In this document: positions 19,941 through 28,399 of the stretch, in pieces | Numbering within the stretch: the first letter of the stretch is position 1 | How the letters are laid out: each line of letters begins with the position of its first letter | Assembly: GCA_028821575.1 (NCBI GenBank) | Contig: JAPPFW010000051.1 | Coordinates: 15,465-79,464, forward strand | Direction of reading: 5' to 3' | Source: a bacterium | GTDB taxonomy: Bacteria; Actinomycetota; Acidimicrobiia; Spongiisociales; Spongiisociaceae | Length of the DNA: 64,000 nt | Position numbers and translations under genes: made by a program | The notes under the pieces: generated by a model | Told to the model about the DNA's origin: nothing | Database searches by the model: none | What the model saw: the letters and a program-made list of their open reading frames with translations, nothing else

Positions 19941-20907
19941 CGTACGCTCCGCTGTAGACGTAGTCCGTCACACCGGCGGAGGTCGGCCACGGGTCGGCCT
20001 TGGCGGCCGCCACGCCTCGGTCGAGTTCCTCGACGACTCCTGCCCGGATCCTCTCGATGTCTGCTTCGTCGAGCAGCCCGGCGGCGCTCAGTTCCGACTG
20101 GAGTCGCTTCAGCGGGTCCCTCCTCCTGGCCGCGGCGAGATCGTCCTCGTTGCGGTACTTCTGGGTGTCGCCCACGTAGTGAGCCGAGATGCGGGGGATC
20201 TTCGCTTCGATGAACGACGGACCGTCACCGCGGCGGGCGCGCTCGACCGCTTCCCCGGCTGCCTGGTGGACGGCGAAGACATCCGCGCCGTCGACAATCC
20301 GGCCCGGGATTCCGAATCCGTCCGCCCGGCGGCTCAGATCCGCCACGCTCTGGGAGTAGGAGACCGGCGTGGACTCCGCCCAACCGTTGTTCTCGCACAC
20401 GTATATCACCGGCAGCTTCCAGATCGAAGCGAGGTTCATCGACTCGTAGAGGATGCCCTGCCCGGATCCCCCGTCCCCGAAGAAGCTGACCGAGACGTTC
20501 GACGTGCCCTTGACCTGCTGGGCGAACGCCCCTCCGGTGGCCAGACCGATGCTCCCGCCCACGATGGCGTTGGCCCCCAGCATCCCGATCTCGAAGTCGG
20601 CGATGTGCATCGATCCGCCCCGGCCCTTGCACAGGCCGGTCTCCCGCCCGTACAGTTCCGCCAGCATGCCGGCGATCGAGCATCCCTTGGCGAGGCTGTG
20701 CCCGTGGCCTCGGTGGGTGCTGGCGATGAGGTCGCGGTCCGTAAGGTGAGCGCACACCCCGGCCGCCACCGCCTCGGCGCCGATGTAGGTGTGGACGAAA
20801 CCGGGCATGTCCCCCCGCTGGTACTCGAGCGTGACCCGCTCTTCGAACAGCCGGATCCGCGTCATCGTCTCGAACATCTCCACCAGTGTCCGGTCCGCGA
20901 TCGTCAT
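19933..20907 (-). CDS. TPP-dependent dehydrogenase E1 alpha subunit
   Basis: Starts MTIADRTLVEMFETMTRIRLFEERV. TPP motif GDGG...N region. ATGA overlap with the lipoyl-protein stop. Confidence 0.9.
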   Translation of the reverse strand: MTIADRTLVEMFETMTRIRLFEERVTLEYQRGDMPGFVHTYIGAEAVAAGVCAHLTDRDLIASTHRGHGHSLAKGCSIAGMLAELYGRETGLCKGRGGSMHIADFEIGMLGANAIVGGSIGLATGGAFAQQVKGTSNVSVSFFGDGGSGQGILYESMNLASIWKLPVIYVCENNGWAESTPVSYSQSVADLSRRADGFGIPGRIVDGADVFAVHQAAGEAVERARRGDGPSFIEAKIPRISAHYVGDTQKYRNEDDLAAARRRDPLKRLQSELSAAGLLDEADIERIRAGVVEELDRGVAAAKADPWPTSAGVTDYVYSGAYGG

Positions 20908-21182
20908 GCGGGCGCTCCTCCCTCGAGCAGGCTCCGGTACTCGGCGTCGTTCTCCGCGATCCACCCGATCACCCTCCCGATCGGGTAGTCCTCTCCGACC
21001 GGGGCCCCATGGTGCAAGGTCCCGGCGGCGCCTGCCTCGATCTCCATCTCGACCTTGTTGGTCTCCATGAGGAACAGGGCGTCGCCGGCCCGGACGGATG
21101 CCCCCTCGTCGACCAGCCAGGCGATCAGGTGGCAGTCGTCCATGTAGATGCCGGTCTTGGGAATGAAGACCTCGTGAGCCAT
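20904..21182 (-). CDS. free-standing biotinyl/lipoyl-attachment domain protein (about 92 aa)
   Basis: Lipoyl-Lys motif LMETNKVEMEIEA. There is no E2 catalytic (acyltransferase) domain. Start taken at MAHEVFIPK (21182). Confidence 0.8.
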   Translation of the reverse strand: MAHEVFIPKTGIYMDDCHLIAWLVDEGASVRAGDALFLMETNKVEMEIEAGAAGTLHHGAPVGEDYPIGRVIGWIAENDAEYRSLLEGGAPA

Positions 21183-21261
21183 CAGCGGTCCGTCTGCGAG
21201 AGAGCGGCGTGCCAAGCCGGGAAGGCCATATCGCTTACCGTGCGGACCACGAGCACTCTCC

Positions 21262-22206
21262 TCAGCCGGAGATCAGCACTTGCTTGCCGCCACCCGCGGC
21301 GACGCCCGCCCAAGCCGAGCCGGCATCGGCGAGCGGTGTGGTGACGACCGGTAGGGTCAACTCCCCGGCGGTGGCCAGGTCCACCATCGTCAGGTAGGCC
21401 GACACCAGCTCGGCGCGTGGAATCCCGAAGTTGCTGTAGCCCTTGATCGTTAGCTGCTTGCCTCGGACCAGCCCGGATGCGACCGTGGCGGTGTCTCCCG
21501 CCGCCTGCCCGATGTGGATCACCCGGGCTCCCAGCGCGGTGGCCGTGAGGGCAGCCTGCAGGGGTGCGCCCCACAGGGCATCGAACACCACGTGGGCCCC
21601 GCCCTCGCAGGCGGCCTGCATGCGGGCGGCCAGGTTGTCGCCCTCCAGGGACACGACTGCGTCGGCCATCCCTTCGAGTGCGGCCAGGCGTTCGGGGTTG
21701 CGCCCTGCCGCCACGATCCTTGCGGCTCCGGCGATACGGGCCGCCTGGACCGCGATGCTCCCCGCTGCCCCGGTCGCTCCCAGGACGAGCGCGGTTTCCC
21801 CCGGTTGCAGCTTGGCCGTCCAAGTGATCGGCAGCCAGCCGGCCAGCGCGGCGGTCCCGAGCGCCGCGGCGGTGGCCGCGTCCGCGTCGTCACCGATCTC
21901 GACGAGGGCGCTCTCGGGCGCGTTGAAACGCTCCGCGGATGTACCGTCCCGGACGACTCCGATGCCGCCTCCCATCACGAAGACGCGACGCCCGTCGCCC
22001 TCCACCCGGCCGACCGCCTCGATGGCGGGGACGTAGGGCATCGGTGGATGTCCGGCGTAGAAGCCGCCGGATGCGATGGCCAGGTCGACCGGGTTCAGCG
22101 AGGCGGCCTCGAGAGTTACCGTCACCTCGCCCTCAGCCGGATCCGGAAGCTCGCGTTCCTCCACTACGGGGCTGGCGCCCGCTTCGGTGATAAGGGCGGC
22201 TCTCAT
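21262..22206 (-). CDS. MDR-family zinc-independent quinone oxidoreductase / enoyl reductase-like
   Basis: 314 aa with the NADPH-binding motif LVLGATGAAGSIAVQ. ATGA overlap with the cupin gene. Confidence 0.85.
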   Translation of the reverse strand: MRAALITEAGASPVVEERELPDPAEGEVTVTLEAASLNPVDLAIASGGFYAGHPPMPYVPAIEAVGRVEGDGRRVFVMGGGIGVVRDGTSAERFNAPESALVEIGDDADAATAAALGTAALAGWLPITWTAKLQPGETALVLGATGAAGSIAVQAARIAGAARIVAAGRNPERLAALEGMADAVVSLEGDNLAARMQAACEGGAHVVFDALWGAPLQAALTATALGARVIHIGQAAGDTATVASGLVRGKQLTIKGYSNFGIPRAELVSAYLTMVDLATAGELTLPVVTTPLADAGSAWAGVAAGGGKQVLISG

Positions 22207-22547
22207 GATGTCGTTTCCTCCTTGGGCAGGTAGCGGTCGGCGTCGGCGAACACGTCGATCCCACGGTAACCCCCGCGGATGCGGGTGATGTGCGTGACTC
22301 CGGCGGGCACGGTGTAGGTGTCACCCCGGCGGTAGGTCCGTGTCTCGCCTCCTATCGTCATCTCCATCTCTCCCTCGAGCACCACGCCCCACTGCGCGCC
22401 GTGGACGTGTTCCGGTACCTCGACGTCATGGTCGATCTCGTAGAACATGGGCATGCAGTACTCGTTGGGAACGATGTGGGCCCGCATGTCGACCGGGCTG
22501 TCCGGAACGGGCAGTGCCTTTATGAAGTCCGGGAACCCCTCACTCAA
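22203..22547 (-). CDS. cupin-domain protein
   Basis: 114 aa with a HxH...E...H style cupin core (EHVHGAQWGVVLEGEMEM...VPAGVTH). TTG start 5 nt after GGAGA. Confidence 0.7.
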   Translation of the reverse strand: MSEGFPDFIKALPVPDSPVDMRAHIVPNEYCMPMFYEIDHDVEVPEHVHGAQWGVVLEGEMEMTIGGETRTYRRGDTYTVPAGVTHITRIRGGYRGIDVFADADRYLPKEETTS

Positions 22548-22662
22548 TGGACTCTCCTATCTTTCATGGTCTCACCACCGATCACTGGACCCCAGGAAGC
22601 TGCCTGCGATACGGCGGTATGGCAAGCATGGCACAGCGAACTCTGCAAGACAGACCACGAGA

Positions 22663-24024
22663 TCAAAGAGTCGAGATCAGCGCGGCGTAGGAGTCCATCG
22701 ATCCGGCCCGTTCCTCGAACCGGTAGACCTGCGGGGTGTAGACGTGGGTCTTCTCGAACGGGTGCTTGGTTCTCGGTACCGAGGTGGGCCGCCATGGCGA
22801 GACCGGCTGGCCGGCCTTGACGATGGTGCGGATATTCTCCCGGTCCTGCAGGATGGTTACGTCCTCGTCCGGGTTGCCCTCCACGACCAGCAGGTCTGCG
22901 TACTTGCCCTCCGTCAGGGTGCCGATCGACTGGGCATGCTGGGGCAGCGTCATGGCGCTGTTGCGGGTCATCGAGAGCAGAGCCTCGAAGTGGGACATAC
23001 CGAGGAGGTCGACGAAGAGCTCCATCTCCCTGGCGTGCCACTCCCCGTAAGGGGTCATGGCGAAGCCCGACTCCGATCCACCGACCAGCGTGGCGCCGTT
23101 CCGGTGCGCCTCGCTGAGGATTGCCGCCGCCGCGTCGAGCTCGCGCTTGAACCGGTCTCGAAGCGCGGGCGAGAGGTCGGCGCGGTTGGCCTCTAGGGTG
23201 TTTACCAGCAGCGTCATGGCCGGAAGCACGGGAATGTCCTTCTCAACCACCATCTCGAGGGTCGGGTGGTCCATGTAGGAGGCGTGCATGATCCAGTCGA
23301 CCCCCGCCTTGGCCGCGTACTCGACCGACTGGCGGGACCGGGCGTGGATGGTCACGGGACGGCCCAGCCGGTGCGCCTCGTCAACCGCCAGTTCGAGTTC
23401 CTCCAACCGGAAGGAGGCGTACTCGTCGGACGAGTTGCCGGACCCGGCGATCTTGATGACGTTGACGCCGTCCTTGACTTCGTTGCGGATCTCCTGGAGC
23501 AGTTCGTCCCGGTTGCGCACCAGCGCCCCGAACGACGACTCCGGAACCCCGATCCAGCTGGGGAAACCGTCCGAGATCCCCTGCTGGGTGGTGATCTGCT
23601 TCCCTGCACACGCCATCCTCGGTCCCTGCACGAGGCCGGCCTCGATGGCGTCCCGCACCGCGATCGCCACGGAGTACGGGCCTCCGGGGTCGCAACTCGA
23701 GGTGACGCCTGCCATCAACGCCTTCTCGGCATCTACCGAGGCCCGGATGGCCCGGTACTCCGCAGGCGTGTAGATCGAGAGTTCCTCCTCCGAGGTCGCC
23801 TCGCCGAAGCTGATATGCATGTGCCCATCGACCAGCCCCGGCATCACGGTGGTTCCGGTCGTGTCCACCTCCTCGTAGCCGTTCGCCAGGAACTCCTGCG
23901 GGACGGCATCGGAGTCACCGACCCAGGCGATCCGGTCGCCCTCGACCACCACGCAGCCCCGATCGATGACTGACTCGTCCTCGCACGCCAGTACCCGGCC
24001 CCCGTTGAAGCGGTACGCGGTCAT
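22663..24024 (-). CDS. amidohydrolase-superfamily metallohydrolase
   Basis: 453 aa with the metal-ligand motif PGLVDGHMHI and a typical TIM-barrel amidohydrolase layout. Confidence 0.85.
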   Translation of the reverse strand: MTAYRFNGGRVLACEDESVIDRGCVVVEGDRIAWVGDSDAVPQEFLANGYEEVDTTGTTVMPGLVDGHMHISFGEATSEEELSIYTPAEYRAIRASVDAEKALMAGVTSSCDPGGPYSVAIAVRDAIEAGLVQGPRMACAGKQITTQQGISDGFPSWIGVPESSFGALVRNRDELLQEIRNEVKDGVNVIKIAGSGNSSDEYASFRLEELELAVDEAHRLGRPVTIHARSRQSVEYAAKAGVDWIMHASYMDHPTLEMVVEKDIPVLPAMTLLVNTLEANRADLSPALRDRFKRELDAAAAILSEAHRNGATLVGGSESGFAMTPYGEWHAREMELFVDLLGMSHFEALLSMTRNSAMTLPQHAQSIGTLTEGKYADLLVVEGNPDEDVTILQDRENIRTIVKAGQPVSPWRPTSVPRTKHPFEKTHVYTPQVYRFEERAGSMDSYAALISTL

Positions 24025-24047
24025 GGTCTTGCCTCCTATTCCACCGG

Positions 24048-24917
24048 TTACTGCGGGACGATCGGGAAGTACTTTCCTCCCATGGGTTCACCGATCTCGA
24101 TGCCCACCTCGTCATCCGAATAGTTGAACTCATACCGCTTGCTACCGAGCCAGCGGGTGCCGTCGGCGAAGAAACGCACCACGATCGCCCGGCGCGGGAA
24201 GGCCGAGACGTTGGGCAGCGAGGCGTGCCACGCGAGGCAATGGTGCATCGAGATCGACCCGGCCGGCACGGTCATGGTCTCCACGGGTAGGCCCACTTCG
24301 GCAGGATCGTCGATCGGCCTGACCGTCGGCGGCCGCAGGTCCTCCAGGTAGGTCGATCCGGTCCCGAAGGCGGCGGGCAGCGTCTCGCCCATTACGTGGC
24401 TCCCCGGCACCATCTGCATGGCTCCGTTCTCGGCGGTCACATCGTCGAGCGCCACCCAGGCGGTGACGGCGTTCGGCTGGGCGAGTGGCCAGTAGGGGTA
24501 GTCCTGGTGCCACTTGAGGCTGCCCCCCTTGCCCGGATCCTTGAACAGTGCGTTGTCCTCGAGGATCCGGACCTCCCGGGATCCCATCAGCTGGGCCGCC
24601 CACCCGGCCAGGACCGGGTTGAACGAGACGATCCGGATGTCCTGGTCCCAAGTCCAGAGGTTGAACAGGAATCCCACCGACTTGCCCGGCTCGGGAGGCA
24701 GCACGCTGTCCTCGGGCCAGATGGCGGGATCCAGCAGGTCCCACTCCTCGCCCTTCCCCCTCTGGAGGACCCGGGCCCTCTCCACCACATCCCGGAGCTT
24801 CTCCACCTGCTCGGTGGTGAACACGCGGCCCGGCCGTAGGAACCCGTTGTGGTGGAACTCGAGGAGTTCGTCGGCGCTCAGCGCGCTCGTACGAACCTCG
24901 TCCGTCACCGTTTGCAT
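24048..24917 (-). CDS. phytanoyl-CoA dioxygenase (PhyH) family Fe(II)/2-oxoglutarate oxygenase
   Basis: 289 aa with an N-terminal FHHNGFL motif, WHQDYPYW and GSISMHHCLAWH blocks. Confidence 0.85.
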   Translation of the reverse strand: MQTVTDEVRTSALSADELLEFHHNGFLRPGRVFTTEQVEKLRDVVERARVLQRGKGEEWDLLDPAIWPEDSVLPPEPGKSVGFLFNLWTWDQDIRIVSFNPVLAGWAAQLMGSREVRILEDNALFKDPGKGGSLKWHQDYPYWPLAQPNAVTAWVALDDVTAENGAMQMVPGSHVMGETLPAAFGTGSTYLEDLRPPTVRPIDDPAEVGLPVETMTVPAGSISMHHCLAWHASLPNVSAFPRRAIVVRFFADGTRWLGSKRYEFNYSDDEVGIEIGEPMGGKYFPIVPQ

Positions 24918-24965
24918 GCTTGACCTCCTTACCGTTCGGTATCCACCTGAGGGGTGTTTACGTAC

Positions 24966-25334
24966 TCACTCGATGACTTCTACAGCTGACGTCTCCACGG
25001 TGCACAGCAGCGGCGGGTCCACCTCGGGCCCCGCCTCGACCGAATACGGCAGTTCGCTCTCAGCCTCGACGCGGGCCACCTCGAACTCCACCTCGTGGTA
25101 GACCTCGCTGGAGAGGTCCAGCCACATCGCGACGAGTTCCAACCGCACCGCCACGTCGGCGTCGTTCCGCAACACACCCCCGACCGATTCCGACGAACAC
25201 TGCGAGACGCTCGCCAGTATGAATGTCTCGATGTCCCGGTCGCCCTCCGCACGGGGTAGGTAGCAGGATACCGCCAGCAGCGAGATCGCGACCAGGAGCG
25301 ACAATCGCCCACAGGTCGACGCCCGATCCCTCAC
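24966..25334 (-). CDS. small hypothetical lipoprotein
   Basis: The GTG at 25334 overlaps the upstream stop (GTGA). Signal peptide plus lipobox LLAVSC. No family recognised. Confidence 0.5.
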   Translation of the reverse strand: MRDRASTCGRLSLLVAISLLAVSCYLPRAEGDRDIETFILASVSQCSSESVGGVLRNDADVAVRLELVAMWLDLSSEVYHEVEFEVARVEAESELPYSVEAGPEVDPPLLCTVETSAVEVIE

Positions 25335-26179
25335 GACCCGCGCTGTTGCAACTGCTGGTTGTAGTAGTCGGCGTAGGACATGACCTCCACCCCTTGCTCC
25401 AGCGCGTACTCCATGACTCCTCGTGCCCAGCCGGTTCCCGCCTCGTCGTAGCGGATCATCGCCCACTCGTGGAAACATGCTCCGTACACCAGGTCCTGCT
25501 CGACGATCTCGTCGACTCCCTCCTTGAGGACCTCGAGGAATTCGGCGCCCCGGTCGATGCCGTACTCCTCAAACCAGAAACCGTCCAGCCAGTGCTGGAA
25601 GGGCAACTCCAGGATGTCCGGGAAACCCTGCTCCTCGTACCAGAACGGCTGCACGTCCATGGGTGTCGGGTTGTCGTGCTCGGAGTTCCGGCCCCAGGAG
25701 CTCACGAACTCGATGCCGACGTCCGCCAGCATCTGGAGCCGGTCGGGACGGTCGGAGAGACCCAGGTAGTAACCGTGGGGGGTCCGCAGCCCGATGCAGT
25801 CCACATCCAGGTGTTGCTTGAGGAGCGCCGATGTCGCTCCCAGCTCGTGGTAGAGGGCTTCGGACGGCGACTGCGGGAACAGGCCACCCCGCCAGGTGTC
25901 GTCCTTCAGGAGGATATGGCTGTAGGTGTGTTGCTGGATGTCCATCAGAGGATGGCGGGCGGCCTCTTTGAGTGCGGGCAGGCAGTGGAGCAACGTACGA
26001 CCGCAGACGAACAGCGTGCCCGTGACGCCTAGGGCTTCGTGATTGGCCATTATGATGTCGACGCCCGCTTCGGTGGCGTCGTCGGGCAGGGAGCTGTAGA
26101 AGCTCTCCCCGCCGCCTCTCGCCAGGTTCTCACCGATGGCGTGGTACTCCGTGTCATAGCCCATCAACATCGTTGCCAC
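25331..26179 (-). CDS. polysaccharide deacetylase (CE4/NodB-like) family protein
   Basis: 282 aa. YDTEYH..., HTYSH and similar blocks are consistent with a divergent carbohydrate-esterase-4 fold. Confidence 0.75.
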   Translation of the reverse strand: MATMLMGYDTEYHAIGENLARGGGESFYSSLPDDATEAGVDIIMANHEALGVTGTLFVCGRTLLHCLPALKEAARHPLMDIQQHTYSHILLKDDTWRGGLFPQSPSEALYHELGATSALLKQHLDVDCIGLRTPHGYYLGLSDRPDRLQMLADVGIEFVSSWGRNSEHDNPTPMDVQPFWYEEQGFPDILELPFQHWLDGFWFEEYGIDRGAEFLEVLKEGVDEIVEQDLVYGACFHEWAMIRYDEAGTGWARGVMEYALEQGVEVMSYADYYNQQLQQRGS

Positions 26180-26408
26180 GGTTCGATTCCTTTCCTAGGA
26201 GGGGAGACTCCCTCTTGGCCGGAGTGGTCGATGTCGAAAATAGCCGGTCACCGGGGACGGGCCAACTGCCATCAGCCTTCTCGAGGATCCTTCCGGACCT
26301 TCAGGTGAAATAACCACGCGATACTCGGACAGCAGCGACCGGAAACCGGAATCGACACGGTCTGAGGCCAGCCACCGATTGTCGACTACCGGCCAATAAC
26401 CAATCATC

Positions 26409-26633
26409 CTAGGTGCTGAACCAGTCCGAACGGGACACACCCGCCTGTTTGAGAACTCTCGCCAGAACCCCCACGTCGATCATGCCACCATGAGGGTTCG
26501 GGATCCATACCTTGAGATGATCCTCCTTGATCATGTAGTCGTGACTACCCCCTGGCCGCGGACCCTCGAAGCCCAGGCGCCGCATCCGGCGGATCAGGAG
26601 CCTCCGGCTGACAGGGGCCAGCCGGAGGCTCAT
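26409..26633 (-). CDS. hicA: HicA-family toxin
   Basis: 74 aa with LIRRMRRLGFEGPRPGGSHDYM...IPNPHGG.IDVGVLARVLKQAGVS, the classical HicA pattern. Confidence 0.8.
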   Translation of the reverse strand: MSLRLAPVSRRLLIRRMRRLGFEGPRPGGSHDYMIKEDHLKVWIPNPHGGMIDVGVLARVLKQAGVSRSDWFST

Positions 26634-26953
26634 CGTTGGTAGAGGCTAACCCCGCCCATCACAGGAATGTCAGTGTCCCCATCGGCCAACTTCAGAGCGG
26701 CCCACCCGACCAACACGCTATGAAGAACGGACAGCGCCTCGTCTGCGGTCTCGCCGTAGCTCCACGCGCCCGGCGTTTCAGCCACCTCAGCATAAAACCC
26801 GTCCGGGGCTTCCATCGGCTCAACCACTGCTTGGGCGGCAGCAGCTGAAGCCCAATCCTCGATCAGGCTGGCCGGCATCAAGGTCTCCCGATCCATCAGG
26901 GTTCCGCTCCGTGTGCCCATGTCCGCATACCCTTCTCGTCGCTCCGAAACCAA
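26630..26953 (-). CDS. hicB: HicB-family antitoxin
   Basis: The UPF0150/HicB-like core (FYAEVAETPGAWSYGETADEALSVL) overlaps hicA by 4 nt. Antitoxin-first order. The start is uncertain. Confidence 0.7.
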   Translation of the reverse strand: MVSERREGYADMGTRSGTLMDRETLMPASLIEDWASAAAAQAVVEPMEAPDGFYAEVAETPGAWSYGETADEALSVLHSVLVGWAALKLADGDTDIPVMGGVSLYQR

Positions 26954-27006
26954 CGATAGTGGTCTGTGACAACTATAGGAACCTGTTGCACTCTTGAGTA
27001 GAGGTT

Positions 27007-27025
27007 GGCGCTGTCTAACAGCGCC
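27007..27025 (-). terminator. GC-rich hairpin downstream of the ABC ATPase gene, upstream of hicBA
   Basis: GGCGCTGT-CTA-ACAGCGCC forms a perfect 8-bp stem. There is no U-tract, so it could equally be an operator. Confidence 0.3.
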
Positions 27026-27095
27026 GGGATAGTTCTGCCCCTACGAAGGGTCGACGAGAGCGGCCCAGCCGTTTTCATCGCCTTTGAGCCCTGCC

Positions 27096-27968
27096 CTACG
27101 TATCGGTGTGGCGGGCGGTATCGAGATCTCCGAGCGCCACCCCGGTGATCATGTCGACGAGATGGCGGGGAGTGATGCCCTCCATGCTCTCCAGCTCGCC
27201 TATCTTCATGCCGTGGCGCAGCACCACCACCCGGTCGCACACCTTGATGACATCGTGCATGTTGTGGCTGACCAGCAGGACCGCCACCCCTTGCTTCTTG
27301 AGACGTCCGATCAGGTCGAGTACCAAGCGGGTCTGCTCGACTCCGAGTGCGGCTGTCGGCTCATCCAGCACCACGATGTGGTTTCCCCATGCCACGGCCC
27401 TGCCCACCGCCACCGCCTGGCGCTGACCGCCCGAGAGCTTGTCGACGGGCTGGCGCACCGACGGGATGTCGATGCTGAGGCGGTCGAGTATCTCCCGGGA
27501 CTCCCTGTACATGCGGCGGCGGTCCATCCACCCCAGCCAGCCGAAGAGTCCCCACTTGAAGATGTGTTCCCTGTTCAGGAAGAGGTTGGTCGCCACATCC
27601 AGGGTGTCAACCAGCGAGAGATCCTGGTGAACGGTCTCCACGCCCAGCCGGTGGGCAGCCTGGGGACTCTCGATGGAAACGACCGAGCCGTTGATGAGGA
27701 TGTCACCCGAGTCGGGGGTGAGGCCACCCGAGACGCAGTTCACCACCGTCGTTTTGCCGGCGCCATTGTCGCCGAGAAGGCCGAGCACCTCGCCGCGCCG
27801 GATCTCGAAGCTCACCTCCCTCGCGGCTCGAACGGCCCCGAACGACTTCGACAGCGCACGCACCTCGAGCGCAACGGAGTTGTCAGACCGGTCGGAAGCC
27901 GAGCCATTCGAGCCGAGGCCCGCCGTGTCGTGGGTGATCACCATCGAGTTCGCCTGTCGGGAGGTCAT
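27096..27968 (-). CDS. orphan single-domain ABC transporter ATP-binding protein (sugar/branched type)
   Basis: Walker A GDNGAGKTT, signature LSGGQRQ, Walker B VVLDEPTA. No permease or SBP is adjacent. Confidence 0.85.
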   Translation of the reverse strand: MTSRQANSMVITHDTAGLGSNGSASDRSDNSVALEVRALSKSFGAVRAAREVSFEIRRGEVLGLLGDNGAGKTTVVNCVSGGLTPDSGDILINGSVVSIESPQAAHRLGVETVHQDLSLVDTLDVATNLFLNREHIFKWGLFGWLGWMDRRRMYRESREILDRLSIDIPSVRQPVDKLSGGQRQAVAVGRAVAWGNHIVVLDEPTAALGVEQTRLVLDLIGRLKKQGVAVLLVSHNMHDVIKVCDRVVVLRHGMKIGELESMEGITPRHLVDMITGVALGDLDTARHTDT

Positions 27969-28003
27969 TTAGAGTATATGCCTCCTCAGGAAAGGAGGTC
28001 CGA

Positions 28004-28399
28004 GTGCCGGAATACGTCGTTCGAGCCGATACCACGCCCCCGTCCGACCTCTCGGGAACGGCCTTCAGCCATCTGGATGTGCGGTGGCTGGTGAGTGGGG
28101 AACGCAACGGTGCCGAACTCACCGGGGTGGGCCAGACGATCTACCCTGCCCACGGCGGGACCCACGAGATTCACCTCCATCCGAAGGCTGAGGAGGTGGT
28201 GATCGTCCTATCCGGCCGCGGCCGCCACCTCGTGGGAGACACGTGGTACGACGTCGGACCGGGTGACATCATCTTCATACCGCGCAACACCCTCCACGGC
28301 GCCGAGTCCGTCGGCGCTGAGGAACTGGTCATCTACTGGGTCCTGGGCGGAGCGGGAAGCCTTGAGGACGCCGGTTACGTACCCGCCAGCGCGCTGTGA
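28004..28399 (+). CDS. cupin-domain protein
   Basis: 131 aa. GTG follows AAGGAGG. Cupin core HEIHLHPKAEEVVIVLSG...IPRNTLHG. Confidence 0.75.
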   Translation: MPEYVVRADTTPPSDLSGTAFSHLDVRWLVSGERNGAELTGVGQTIYPAHGGTHEIHLHPKAEEVVIVLSGRGRHLVGDTWYDVGPGDIIFIPRNTLHGAESVGAEELVIYWVLGGAGSLEDAGYVPASAL

